Shown: positions 9,751 through 19,434, counted from the stretch's first letter. The stretch is DNA of 64,000 nucleotides from Candidatus Daviesbacteria bacterium RIFCSPHIGHO2_02_FULL_43_12 (GCA_001776775.1 MFDD01000014.1:3684-67683); one strand, 5' to 3'. A program made the numbers and translations. Notes: generated from the sequence alone by a model not told the origin.

Positions 9751-10608
9751 ATGCCTTTTAGACCCCCCGAAAACTTTAGCCGAGAGGCTTTGGTCACTAC
9801 TGTCGCTTTTGGAGCAATTATTGTTGATCCTGCTGGTGAAAATGTTTTTACTGGACTAGAGAGTATGACCGAACGTTGGCATAGACGCAAACAACTCGGT
9901 TATCCTATCGAAACCTGGCTGACAGCAGCGGGAGCTAACAAGGTTCGAAGAAATATCGAGACTAGGGCTGAGACTGTCTTACGCCGCGCCATAGGTTATG
10001 ATCGCTGGTTTAGAGTCAGTGATGGACATGGAGGACTGAGGACAGTTAAAAGGCATGTCGTAGGAGAAGAAGTAGACGGCATTCCTCTGGATCATCGGGT
10101 GCGCAGCAAATATTTAGTAAGTGTGGTATATGTCCCACCGAGTACGGAAAAGGCTAAAGTACGTGTTTGGATGGAGAACTATCTGTTTCTGGCAAAAAAG
10201 ATGGTTGAACCAAAAACTCCTTCTAAACGAGACCTCACGTCTCCCGCCTGGCGGTCTTTTCGGGATCTATTAGCACCTTTTAGTGACAGTTATCCAGCGG
10301 GCAGAAGCTATTTTGCTTCTGATTTTAGCCAATTGCCACCAGAGTTAGCCGCGGACTTGGCTCTTTATTTAAATTCAAAACAAAGTCAAATAAGCTCTCG
10401 TGAACAAACAATTTATGTCGGCGATGTGATGCGTAGACCTGGTGTACTGCAAGGTTTAAGGCATACAAGAGCGTTGCTGGATAGGTTTGACGAAGAACCT
10501 GATTTTAAAATGGCTTATCTGCGTAACCCAGAGACATCCGGCTATCAACCGCCTGTCGAACCCCTGATGTTTAGTCCACCTGCGGACTTTTTTCAGGTTT
10601 TGCCCTAA
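9751..10608 (+). CDS. Hypothetical protein
   Basis: 285-aa ORF filling the gap; no recognised motif. Confidence 0.6.
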   Translation: MPFRPPENFSREALVTTVAFGAIIVDPAGENVFTGLESMTERWHRRKQLGYPIETWLTAAGANKVRRNIETRAETVLRRAIGYDRWFRVSDGHGGLRTVKRHVVGEEVDGIPLDHRVRSKYLVSVVYVPPSTEKAKVRVWMENYLFLAKKMVEPKTPSKRDLTSPAWRSFRDLLAPFSDSYPAGRSYFASDFSQLPPELAADLALYLNSKQSQISSREQTIYVGDVMRRPGVLQGLRHTRALLDRFDEEPDFKMAYLRNPETSGYQPPVEPLMFSPPADFFQVLP

Positions 10609-11770
10609 TACTAGTTTTGGGGAGGATAATTTCTACAGTAGTTCCTTTATTCACTTTGGATTTTATCTTTATTTCCCCATGATGTTGCTCAATAATTTCT
10701 TTAGATATATAAAGGCCCAGCCCCATTCCTTCCTTTTGGTTATTCACTCCACGATAAAAACCTTCAAGTACCTTTTGCAAGTCTTTCTTAGCAATTCCTT
10801 GACCCTGATCCTGAATAGAAACCAGCACCTCATCTTTTTTGGAATATAGCTTGATGATAATCTCCTTATCAGGAGTAGAAAATTTAGCAGCGTTATCCAA
10901 AATATTAGTAAAAACCTGCAGCAGCTTATCAAGATCACCTACTATAACATCTGAAAAATTTTGATCATCTATAAACACTGCGCTACGACTGGGATGCGTA
11001 AAAGCAAAAGCTGCGAGCGAGCGTTTAATAACCTCTCTAAGGCTACTTTCTCGCCAATGGAAGTCAAGCTTACCTGTTTTAATACGATTGACAGCTAAGA
11101 GCTCATTTACCAGTCGCAATAACCGATTTGTTTCGCCGTAAATTTCGCCAGACCATCTTTTTTCCACAGCTTGTTGGTCTGAAAACCTAAGCTTTAGCAT
11201 TTGGGCATATCCACTTATTGTGGTAATTGGAGTCCTAAATTCATGAGCCGCCATGGATAAAAACATATCTCTCGCTTCAAGGGCCTCTCTCGTTTCGTTA
11301 TAAAGTTGAGTTTTGCGAATTGCCAGACTGGCCATAGATCCGAAAAGCTTTAATATTTCCAACTCTTTATTACTGAATTTAGCTTCCTTCTTATGGGACA
11401 TGATTGATAGTACTCCGATACTTTTATTACGGTAGGACAGCGGAATAAAAAGAGATGATCTAATTCCCATCTCGGCGGCTTCCGGATGTGCATTCAAATA
11501 ATCATCTGGATAAATTACAAAAGCCTTTCTTTGGGAATATGAGGCATAGGTAAAACCCCGCCTGCGCAATTTAACAGACAACAAGGCTGCCGGGACTGCC
11601 GCGACAACCTTAAACTCTCCGTCTTCCTCCAGGGCAATCATTCCTTCGTCCCCATCAACAAGCTTTAGAGCCTCTTCAATGATTACCGCGAATGTTAACT
11701 CTGCCGTTAAAGGTTCCAGAAAACGAAGGGCGGCTTTATTTATCTTTTGCAAAATCGTTTCCGAATCCAT
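10571..11770 (-). CDS. Cytoplasmic GAF-domain sensor histidine kinase
   Basis: GAF (IPLSYRNKSIGVL), H-box AAHEFRTP, NILDNAAKF, DQGQG, GMGLGL; no TM segment. Confidence 0.92.
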   Translation of the reverse strand: MDSETILQKINKAALRFLEPLTAELTFAVIIEEALKLVDGDEGMIALEEDGEFKVVAAVPAALLSVKLRRRGFTYASYSQRKAFVIYPDDYLNAHPEAAEMGIRSSLFIPLSYRNKSIGVLSIMSHKKEAKFSNKELEILKLFGSMASLAIRKTQLYNETREALEARDMFLSMAAHEFRTPITTISGYAQMLKLRFSDQQAVEKRWSGEIYGETNRLLRLVNELLAVNRIKTGKLDFHWRESSLREVIKRSLAAFAFTHPSRSAVFIDDQNFSDVIVGDLDKLLQVFTNILDNAAKFSTPDKEIIIKLYSKKDEVLVSIQDQGQGIAKKDLQKVLEGFYRGVNNQKEGMGLGLYISKEIIEQHHGEIKIKSKVNKGTTVEIILPKTSIRAKPEKSPQVD

Positions 11771-11790
11771 ACTTTGAAGATATTTTAGCT

Positions 11791-11863
11791 ATTCTTACAT
11801 AAAATCATACTATTATTGCACACTATTAGCAAAATAATGGCATTTTCTTACAGAATTATTACA
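11791..11863 (-). promoter_or_regulatory. Putative operator sites upstream of the kinase
   Basis: ATTTTATGTAAGAAT at 11805-11791 and TGTAATAATTCTGTAAGAA at 11863-11845 on the minus strand. Confidence 0.5.
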
Positions 11864-11900
11864 AAGAGATGCTTTAATATATTCTCGTTGCCAAGAACCA

Positions 11901-12605
11901 ATGATAATAAGTACTGAATTAAGAGAGATTGACTACCAAGAGAGCACGCTTACTCCAATCGCCAAAATAGGTACAGATAGTGATGATACTTTGCGCAGGT
12001 GCGAGTCGCTGTTAGTTGCCAAAGCTAGGGCTTGTCTTGGCCGAGACTTAAAATACAAAGATCTCCATCGTGAGCTAAAACATAGCACAGATCCGGAAAT
12101 AAGAGATTTGCTAAGGGCGGTAACAGCTGATCCCACTTTTTTTCATCGACGAGGTTTTTACAAACGGACTGCCGCTGGACTGGCGCTACTTCATGAGTAT
12201 CCTCTTAATCCGGTAGTTATTACCGGACGAAGCAAAAAAATAACTCCTCGTATCGAAAACGAGTTTGACGATTTGATGCGGCTGATCACAGATATTCACC
12301 AAATTCCCCAGGATGTTGATCTCAATGCAGCAAAAGCACAAATTCTAGTTGCAGATGGTATCAGAGACCATATTGACGATAACATCACCATATTAGTTGC
12401 CGCAGCCAAAGCTGCTACAGCACGCGGGTATGTGCTACATGGACATCTGATTCGCAGGCCATGGAATAGAACTATTACTCAAAAAGGGCTCACTAGAGAG
12501 TTTGGTTTAGGAAAAACCATCGAAATCCATCCATCCTTTTATAGAGCAGCTAAATCAATTATTAATTCAGGAAGATACCCTAGGACCCAAAGGCTACTAG
12601 GCTAG
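11901..12605 (+). CDS. Hypothetical protein, HAD-superfamily-like (5'-nucleotidase type)
   Basis: IGTDSDDTL motif I, VITGR motif II, HIDD motif IV, RPWN. Confidence 0.6.
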   Translation: MIISTELREIDYQESTLTPIAKIGTDSDDTLRRCESLLVAKARACLGRDLKYKDLHRELKHSTDPEIRDLLRAVTADPTFFHRRGFYKRTAAGLALLHEYPLNPVVITGRSKKITPRIENEFDDLMRLITDIHQIPQDVDLNAAKAQILVADGIRDHIDDNITILVAAAKAATARGYVLHGHLIRRPWNRTITQKGLTREFGLGKTIEIHPSFYRAAKSIINSGRYPRTQRLLG

Positions 12606-12862
12606 GGAAGTTTGTTTGCTACTGAACTTTTGATCATAAACAGCACCAAAACCGAAATTAACATTGACATCACTAGCGAGGTAATATCGATACTATCTAG
12701 CCAACCACCAAAAAATAAGTTGCCTGCGATTCCTCCAGATAAAGCACCCGCAATCCCAAAGATCAGACATCTTGTTAGAGATTCCCATGATTGTTTGTCT
12801 TCCAATAAATAGGCCAAAACACCCATGGTACTTCCGAGCAGTAGCCATAATAAAAAAGACAT
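12602..12862 (-). CDS. GlsB/YeaQ/YmgE-family small membrane protein
   Basis: Three TM helices, GIAGALSGG. Confidence 0.75.
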   Translation of the reverse strand: MSFLLWLLLGSTMGVLAYLLEDKQSWESLTRCLIFGIAGALSGGIAGNLFFGGWLDSIDITSLVMSMLISVLVLFMIKSSVANKLP

Positions 12863-12983
12863 AAATAGATCTTAACTTGCTTGTTTGAGAATCTATAAAA
12901 CAAGAGGTAATAAAGGAGCAAGAGTTGCGTATAAGATTTTATTTTGCTATTATCGAAACCCGAAGGAAACCCTTCTCCTTTTT

Positions 12984-14396
12984 ATGACTCTGCCTTCCAA
13001 ACTCGCTTTTGTGGATATTGAAACAACCGGTGGTAGCGTAAACTACGATCGCATTATCGAAATCGGCATAGTCCGGGTCGAAGATGGTCAGATTACCCAA
13101 GCTTACAAAACTTTAATTAACCCTTCCCGTTATCTCCCTCCTGAGATCACCAATTTAACCGGCATCAAGCCCGAAGAGTTAGAAGATGCTCCCTCTTTTT
13201 GGGATGTACATCAGGATATCCTGGAGGCGATAGGAGACTGCATCTTTGTAGCTCATAACGTCCGTTTTGATTTTGGGTTCTTAAAATCCGAATTCAAACG
13301 CCTGAATAAATCTTTTTCTCCTAAACATTTCTGTACTGTAAAACTATCCAGATCCCTTTTCCCTCAATTTCGTCATCATAACTTAGACTCCCTGATCGAA
13401 CGTTTTTCTCTGAAATGCGCAAACCGTCATCGGGCATATGACGATGCTTTTTTACTCTGGGAGTTTTATCAGATAGTCCTTAAGCAATTTAGCCGGGAGG
13501 TTATCATCGCTGCCTTGTCTTCTGCACTTAAAAAACCTAGTCTGCCGATTAACTTAAGTAGCGACATTTTAGATAATCTGCCCGAGAGTCCTGGGATCTA
13601 TATTTTCTATGACGCGAAAGGCTCTCCCTTGTATGTGGGTAAATCGATTAATATCAAGGAACGGGTATTGTCACATTTTTCCAGTGACTACCTCTCTTCA
13701 ACCGAGATGAAAATTGCCCAGCAGATCCAAAGTATCGAAACAGTCGTTACCACGGGGGAACTGGGAGCCCTAATTAAAGAAGCTCAGTTGATTAAAAAGT
13801 TGCAACCCCTATACAACCGACGACTGCGCACACTACATAAATTAACTGTTATTAAACGAATTGAATCGACAGACACATACAAACGCGTGACTATAGAAAC
13901 ATTAAACAGCCTGGACCTAGAAACAATTCCGTTCATTGTCGGGATTTTTCGCTCTCAAAAACGGGCCAAGGAGTTTTTGATCAGGCAAGCCAAAAGGTAT
14001 CAACTTTGCGAGAAGCTTCTGGGAGTAGAGAAAACTAATGGAAGCTGTTTTGGCTACAGACTAGGACTGTGTAAAGGTGCCTGTATAGAAAAAGAGTCTC
14101 CTACTATTTATAACTTACGCCATAGTATGGCTTTTGCTGCTAGTGAATTTCAACCTTGGCCTTTCCCCGGGCCCATTTTAATAGAAGAAAAGTCGGAACT
14201 CAGAGAGCAGAAAGAACTTTTTTTAGTTGATAAATGGTGTTTTCTGGGAAGCCTTGCTTCCGGAGATGCTCCCTTGGAGCCTGTTTTCGATCTGGATACT
14301 TACAAGATACTCCATTCTTTTATGAAAGTATCGGGTAATCTTAAAAAGATCCATCTTGTCGAAAACCAAGATATTAATCTTCTAATCCCAAGCTGA
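12984..14396 (+). CDS. DEDDh 3'-5' exonuclease fused to GIY-YIG (UvrC/Cho-like) nuclease
   Basis: VDIETTG, AHNVRFD, HRAYDDA; PGIYIF...LYVGKS; C-terminal Cys cluster; ATG at 12984 preferred over TTG at 12885. Confidence 0.88.
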   Translation: MTLPSKLAFVDIETTGGSVNYDRIIEIGIVRVEDGQITQAYKTLINPSRYLPPEITNLTGIKPEELEDAPSFWDVHQDILEAIGDCIFVAHNVRFDFGFLKSEFKRLNKSFSPKHFCTVKLSRSLFPQFRHHNLDSLIERFSLKCANRHRAYDDAFLLWEFYQIVLKQFSREVIIAALSSALKKPSLPINLSSDILDNLPESPGIYIFYDAKGSPLYVGKSINIKERVLSHFSSDYLSSTEMKIAQQIQSIETVVTTGELGALIKEAQLIKKLQPLYNRRLRTLHKLTVIKRIESTDTYKRVTIETLNSLDLETIPFIVGIFRSQKRAKEFLIRQAKRYQLCEKLLGVEKTNGSCFGYRLGLCKGACIEKESPTIYNLRHSMAFAASEFQPWPFPGPILIEEKSELREQKELFLVDKWCFLGSLASGDAPLEPVFDLDTYKILHSFMKVSGNLKKIHLVENQDINLLIPS

Positions 14397-15047
14397 TTAC
14401 TCCTTTAAAGCATTCTCTACTTGCTGGATTAAGTCGTTATAGCTTGATAGTTTTACAGCTCTGCCGTTTAAGTAAAAAGTTGGGGTAGCATTTAGTCCAT
14501 AGGAGTTGCCGTCATTAGTATCTTCCTGAATTAGTTGATTATATTTGTTCCCCTCAACGGCTTGTTTAACTTTTGTTCCGTCAATCCCTAAATCTGTTGC
14601 CAATTTGGCGAAATAATCACTTGGGTTAGGAAGGTTCTCCCAGTCGCTTTGTGTTTCAAAAAGCATGTCTGACATTTGCCAGAATTTACCCTGCATTGCA
14701 GCTTCTCGTCCAGCGTTGGCAGCCGCCCGGGAATTAAGGTGCTGGCTTAAAGGATAGTCTCTGTATATATATTGGATGTTTGGATTTTTTTCTGCCAAGA
14801 TACTTTTAACTGTTGGATGAGCAGCTTTACAAGCTGGACATTGAAAATCCGAAAATTCCACTAATTTTACCTTGGCACTATCTGAGCCAATTTTTTGACC
14901 CTTGGTATAATCAATTTGAAAAACAGTACCGGATTTTGTAGAAGTATCCAGCTTTGGAGAAGTTTGGCTTAAGAAAAATACCCCCCCGAAAATAAGCAGC
15001 AGAGTAATCCCAAGAATAATTCCTAATATTTTGGTTTCGGCTTTCAT
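14397..15047 (-). CDS. DsbA-family thiol-disulfide oxidoreductase
   Basis: N-terminal TM, FSDFQCPAC, ATPTF cis-Pro. Confidence 0.9.
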   Translation of the reverse strand: MKAETKILGIILGITLLLIFGGVFFLSQTSPKLDTSTKSGTVFQIDYTKGQKIGSDSAKVKLVEFSDFQCPACKAAHPTVKSILAEKNPNIQYIYRDYPLSQHLNSRAAANAGREAAMQGKFWQMSDMLFETQSDWENLPNPSDYFAKLATDLGIDGTKVKQAVEGNKYNQLIQEDTNDGNSYGLNATPTFYLNGRAVKLSSYNDLIQQVENALKE

Positions 15048-15064
15048 CTTACTCTTCTATTCTA

Positions 15065-15493
15065 CTACGATTTTTGTCTAGTTTGAATGAGCATAATTGA
15101 AGTGAGTATAAAAATGATTAACGTACAAATTGCTGAAAGTACACACCAAAAACACCAAGCATTAATCACAAAAGCTTCAAGATAACTAAAGTAAAAACTA
15201 ACCAATATTCCTGTTGCTCCACCAAGAAAAAGTAGGTTCTTTAGGGCCTTACTTTCTTTTTCTATCACCGCCAAAGCCAAAGTTAACATCCCGATATAAT
15301 AGCCTATCCCCCACCAGGGGACTGGGATGCCAAATATATTTGAATATATGCTCTGACGAACTGCGTCGCAGCTGGTTCCTCCGAGCGGACAATTAATTGG
15401 TGAGATTAAAGCGTATTCGTAAGCTAAAAATGAACTTATCCCCAACCCAATTAAGGAAACTAAGAAGATACCGACAAGTGTCTTTTTTATCAT
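15065..15493 (-). CDS. Vitamin K epoxide reductase (VKOR) family
   Basis: CPLGGTSC...S motif and CFWC in TM helix. Confidence 0.9.
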   Translation of the reverse strand: MIKKTLVGIFLVSLIGLGISSFLAYEYALISPINCPLGGTSCDAVRQSIYSNIFGIPVPWWGIGYYIGMLTLALAVIEKESKALKNLLFLGGATGILVSFYFSYLEAFVINAWCFWCVLSAICTLIIFILTSIMLIQTRQKS

Positions 15494-15495
15494 TT

Positions 15496-15942
15496 TTACT
15501 CCCAGCCAAATTCAGAATAAAACTTACTTTCATTGATTTTTTTAAAAACAAAGGGGAGTTGAGGTAAGATATTTGAGGGCAAGGAATCTACGCTAAACCA
15601 ATTTAGGTCATCGCATTTTTCTGGCTCTCCATTTATGATTTCACCTTGAAAGGATTCCACCTTGAAGTAGAAGTCGATATAAACTAGACCTGAACCGGCA
15701 GATAAACGATGGCTTACATGGATCAGTTGTAAATCTTCTTTTTTAATATTTATTCCAATCTCCTCTTTGGCCTCACGGACCATTGACTGACTGATCGTTT
15801 CTCCTGTTTCGAGGTGTCCGGAAGGAACTGTATAGTTGCCGTCCTGCCAACCAGTATTTTGGCGCCTTAACATTACAATCCTACCTGCCTTTTCCAAAAT
15901 TAAATAAGTCGCAGCCCGTACAGTATATCTTTCGTCAGTCAT
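15496..15942 (-). CDS. NUDIX hydrolase
   Basis: GHLETGETISQSMVREAKEEIG. Confidence 0.9.
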   Translation of the reverse strand: MTDERYTVRAATYLILEKAGRIVMLRRQNTGWQDGNYTVPSGHLETGETISQSMVREAKEEIGINIKKEDLQLIHVSHRLSAGSGLVYIDFYFKVESFQGEIINGEPEKCDDLNWFSVDSLPSNILPQLPFVFKKINESKFYSEFGWE

Positions 15943-16414
15943 ATAGTTGAGACAATTTATCCTGATATATTAATATATAATTTCGATCATCCTCCAAGAA
16001 CTTCCATTCCGTATTTAGATCCTTACGATAATCCTCGATCAGCTGAGTAAGCTTATTTAAATGTAGCCCCAAAGTCTTTATTAAATCTGCAGCTTGAGAC
16101 TTCATGTTATTTTGTACAACTAAATCGGTTAACTCACCTGCAGTAGTAAAATATCGCTGAGTACTAGGCAAGATTATTCCATATCTTTTATTCTCAGTTA
16201 ATTTAATTACCTCTTCGAAACGTGCTTTTAATAAATTATATTGAAAATTATATTTTTCTTCAGGAGAAGACTTTAGTTTTAAAAAAAGTTTTTCCTGAAG
16301 TCGTCTCATTTGAAAAAGAAGTGGACTATCGGGTGTTGCCGAAGACGAGGCGGGGAGGATTAGGGCAAGGCCCAAAAGAGCAATTATGGTTAGGATTTTA
16401 AGTTGTCTTATCAC
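15935..16414 (-). CDS. Secreted helical hypothetical protein (DUF5667-like)
   Basis: Signal peptide; TPDSPLLFQMRRLQEK resembles the PxSPxYxxKRxxE motif. Confidence 0.55.
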   Translation of the reverse strand: MIRQLKILTIIALLGLALILPASSSATPDSPLLFQMRRLQEKLFLKLKSSPEEKYNFQYNLLKARFEEVIKLTENKRYGIILPSTQRYFTTAGELTDLVVQNNMKSQAADLIKTLGLHLNKLTQLIEDYRKDLNTEWKFLEDDRNYILIYQDKLSQLYD

Positions 16415-16446
16415 CGGTTAATACTACCAGATACCAACCCTTACTT

Positions 16447-16887
16447 TCAACCTAAAGAATCATCCAGGTTATACAAAAGTTTAATACAGCTGTCCATATC
16501 TAAAACTAAATTTAAACCAAGTGCTTGTTTGGGTGTAACCCACTGATAATCTTTATGTTCATCTTTTTTTACTAAGATATTCTGTCTCTGGGATAACCTA
16601 GCTTTGTACATGTTAAAAACAAAATCGTATTCAGAATATTTTACATAGACTTTCAAAATGTGCTTGATTTTGGGTACCGTCAGTCCCGTCTCCTCTTTTA
16701 GCTCTCGACAGATGGCAATTTCAGGAGATTCATCCGAATCAACTTTACCTGCGGGAACTCCCCATTTATTGCCCTCTGACTTACCATCTTGTCTGAGTAA
16801 AAACAATATTTCCTCATTAGATTCAACGAAACAACCGACTACTTCAAAGCGAGGTGAAAATTTTGAAGGTTTAGATAGATATAACAT
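16447..16887 (-). CDS. NUDIX hydrolase
   Basis: GKVDSDESPEIAICRELKEETG. Confidence 0.9.
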   Translation of the reverse strand: MLYLSKPSKFSPRFEVVGCFVESNEEILFLLRQDGKSEGNKWGVPAGKVDSDESPEIAICRELKEETGLTVPKIKHILKVYVKYSEYDFVFNMYKARLSQRQNILVKKDEHKDYQWVTPKQALGLNLVLDMDSCIKLLYNLDDSLG

Positions 16888-17073
16888 TAGGTGTTGGAGA
16901 GCTTAAATCCAATATAGATTCTAATTATTCCACCTCTGCCTCACCAGGCGCTTTTTCGGCGAAGCGATGAACCGAAATACGGGGGACGTACTAGTCGCTA
17001 TCGCTCCAGTACATCCCAACGCACACCCTCTTTTGCGAAGCGGTGCATCTGAACGTTAGTGAACGGTGCGCTG

Positions 17074-17144
17074 CTGCGGGACTAGGATTTGAACCTAGAT
17101 AGATAGATCCAGAATCTATCGTCCTACCATTAGACGATCCCGCA
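17074..17144 (-). tRNA. tRNA-Gln(CUG), CCA not encoded
   Basis: Cloverleaf TGCGGGA/TCCCGCA, anticodon arm ATAGA-TTCTGGA-TCTAT, T-loop TTCAAAT. Confidence 0.95.
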
Positions 17145-17148
17145 AAAT

Positions 17149-17217
17149 TAGTTATGGTTATTGGTTCATGGTTCAGGTTTAAATTTAGTTATGAGTTATT
17201 GGTTCATAGTTCTTGGT
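17149..17217. repeat. Degenerate heptamer array (RGTTMWT) upstream of tRNA-Gln
   Basis: ggttatt ggttcat ggttcag ... agttatt ggttcat agttctt. Confidence 0.65.
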
Positions 17218-17406
17218 GGAACAGAAGCCATAAACTCAAGCTTTGTAATTTTAACACTCAATTACTCTATTTGTCATGCAAGATGTTTAGGGTGAGAAGA
17301 AGCCTAAGAAAAGAGTCTACACAAGGCTTAACCGAGATTGACTTTGTTAATTACAAAAACTAACTGATTTTAAAGTTGGGCAGTTTCGATTAAGCCCTGA
17401 AAAATA

Positions 17407-17841
17407 TTAAGCTTTTTTTCGAGAATTCCGAGATACAACTTTCTTTGCTTTTACCTCGGTTTTTTTAAGTTGAGCTTTTCTTTTTTTAGCAGTATTAGCT
17501 GCTTTGACACCTTCCCTGATATCTTCTTTTACTCCCTGAGCTAACTGTCCAACAACCTGCAAAGCAACGTGTGCTCTTTTATCTAATCGTTTACCGACTT
17601 CCTTGTTATATATTGCTGCATTAGCGGTAAAAGCTGCGACTTTTACCAGCACCTTACCTACTCCAATCATTAACTGTTCAGTAATAAATGATCTTGTATT
17701 TTTTATCTTCGGCTGTCTGGACTTTTTTATAGCCTTTTTTGTATGAACACTTTTCTTAGATTTTGCAGTTACATTCTGATTAACTGCTGCTTTTTTTACG
17801 ATGGTTTTTTTTGTTTGTTTTTTCAAACTTTTATTTGACAC
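17407..17841 (-). CDS. Lys-rich hypothetical protein
   Basis: GTG start with strong SD GGGAGGTGA; highly basic termini around a helical core. Confidence 0.7.
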   Translation of the reverse strand: MSNKSLKKQTKKTIVKKAAVNQNVTAKSKKSVHTKKAIKKSRQPKIKNTRSFITEQLMIGVGKVLVKVAAFTANAAIYNKEVGKRLDKRAHVALQVVGQLAQGVKEDIREGVKAANTAKKRKAQLKKTEVKAKKVVSRNSRKKA

Positions 17842-17931
17842 TTAAATCACCTCCCAGAGAGCAGTTACTTTGAGGTAAATATAGTACTAACCTAATAAAC
17901 TTGCAAGAAGCAAAGTGAAGATATATTTTAA

Positions 17932-19374
17932 CTATTTATCAAAACTATCAAAACGTAATATTAAATCATTAATTCTCTCTAGGGTTTTTATGTTTCCTAA
18001 TATTTCAATACTTTCAAAAAGTGGTGGGGTCACAAGCTTCCCGGAAACCGCTATTCTTATCAACTGAAAACAACTGACGACTGGCAAGCTTAACTCCTCT
18101 GCAAGGTCTCTAAAAGTTTGCTCGAATAATTTTGCACTCCAAGGTTTTGGCAATGACTCCATTTTATTTTTTATTTCTATCAAAACATCCCTAATGTTTT
18201 CAATCTTTAGCTTCTTTAAAATTTCAAAATCATACTCTGGTTTCTCAAAGAAAAAATCTGTTAGGGGAATAAAGTCCGACAGTTTCTTTATCCGTTCTTT
18301 GATTAAAGGAACTATTTGCGCAATTGCTTGCTTGTCTGGATGATCGACCAAATACTCTTGTAATCTCTGTGTTAGCTCGTCATCAGTAAACTTTCGAATA
18401 TACTCGCCGTTTAACCATTCTAATTTCTCCATATTAAAGGCTGCACCCGAAAGTCTCATCTTAGAAAGATCGAAAGTTTCTTCCATCTCTTGCAAGCTTA
18501 TAATCTCTTGATCATCGGGCATTGTCCATCCCAGTAGTGAAAAGTAATTTAAAATCGTTTCTGGCAAAAAACCATCCTTACGGAAATCTTCGATGGATGT
18601 CGCATTAGCTCTTTTGGAAAGTTTGCCAATTCGATCTGGATTTAAAATCATTGGCCAATGAGCAAACTTAGGGATATCAGCATCTAAAGCTTCAAAAATA
18701 AGAATTTGCTTAGGGGTATTGGATATATGGTCGTCCCCCCTTAATACATGCGAAATATTCATATCGATATCATCTACCACAACAGCAAAATTATACAAAG
18801 GAACCCCGCTACCTCTCATAATCACCATATCCCCCAGCAAATTTGAGTCAAACGATATTTCTCCGTGTAATAAATCGTTAAATTTAACTACCCCTCTACC
18901 TTCGGGCACTCTTAACCGCACTACAAATTTAACATTTTCCGCTAATTTTTTGGCCACTTCTTGATTAGTTAGACTTCGACATTTTCCTGAATAAACGATG
19001 GGTCGCTTACCCTCTTGCTGCTTCTTCTTTTCTACTTCCAATTCTGCTGATGTACAAAAGCAATAATAAGCTTTACCGCTCTTAATCAATCTTTCAGATG
19101 CTGATTTGTAAGAGGGGAGGCGATCAATTTGATGAAAGGGACCTTCATCCCAGTTCAACCCTAACCACTTTAGCCCCTCAATAATATTCTTTTCAAATTC
19201 AGGATTTGATCTTGCCTGATCGGTATCTTCAATTCGTAATATAAAACTTCCGCCCATCCGGCGAGCATAGAGATAGTTAAATAGGGTAGTATACGCCGTT
19301 CCCAGATGAAGATTTCCGGTCGGAGAGGGGGCCATCCTAACCCTAACCCCTGCTTGCATCGTAGTTTCTGACAT
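17932..19374 (-). CDS. gltX: Glutamate--tRNA ligase
   Basis: APSPTGNLHLG (HIGH), RIEDTD, KLSKR. Confidence 0.97.
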   Translation of the reverse strand: MSETTMQAGVRVRMAPSPTGNLHLGTAYTTLFNYLYARRMGGSFILRIEDTDQARSNPEFEKNIIEGLKWLGLNWDEGPFHQIDRLPSYKSASERLIKSGKAYYCFCTSAELEVEKKKQQEGKRPIVYSGKCRSLTNQEVAKKLAENVKFVVRLRVPEGRGVVKFNDLLHGEISFDSNLLGDMVIMRGSGVPLYNFAVVVDDIDMNISHVLRGDDHISNTPKQILIFEALDADIPKFAHWPMILNPDRIGKLSKRANATSIEDFRKDGFLPETILNYFSLLGWTMPDDQEIISLQEMEETFDLSKMRLSGAAFNMEKLEWLNGEYIRKFTDDELTQRLQEYLVDHPDKQAIAQIVPLIKERIKKLSDFIPLTDFFFEKPEYDFEILKKLKIENIRDVLIEIKNKMESLPKPWSAKLFEQTFRDLAEELSLPVVSCFQLIRIAVSGKLVTPPLFESIEILGNIKTLERINDLILRFDSFDK

Positions 19375-19434
19375 TGAGAAGTATTATATCTTAAAAAGAT
19401 GCTGAAGGTATACTATACTTAAAGAAGAAACTAG

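Noticed and set aside
16930-17000. Hammerhead ribozyme (GATGA...GAAA or CTGGTGA)
   Set aside because: No intact CUGANGA core with compatible stems on either strand
17154-17363. 69-aa plus-strand ORF
   Set aside because: Translation of the heptamer array and inverted repeat; no protein-like signal
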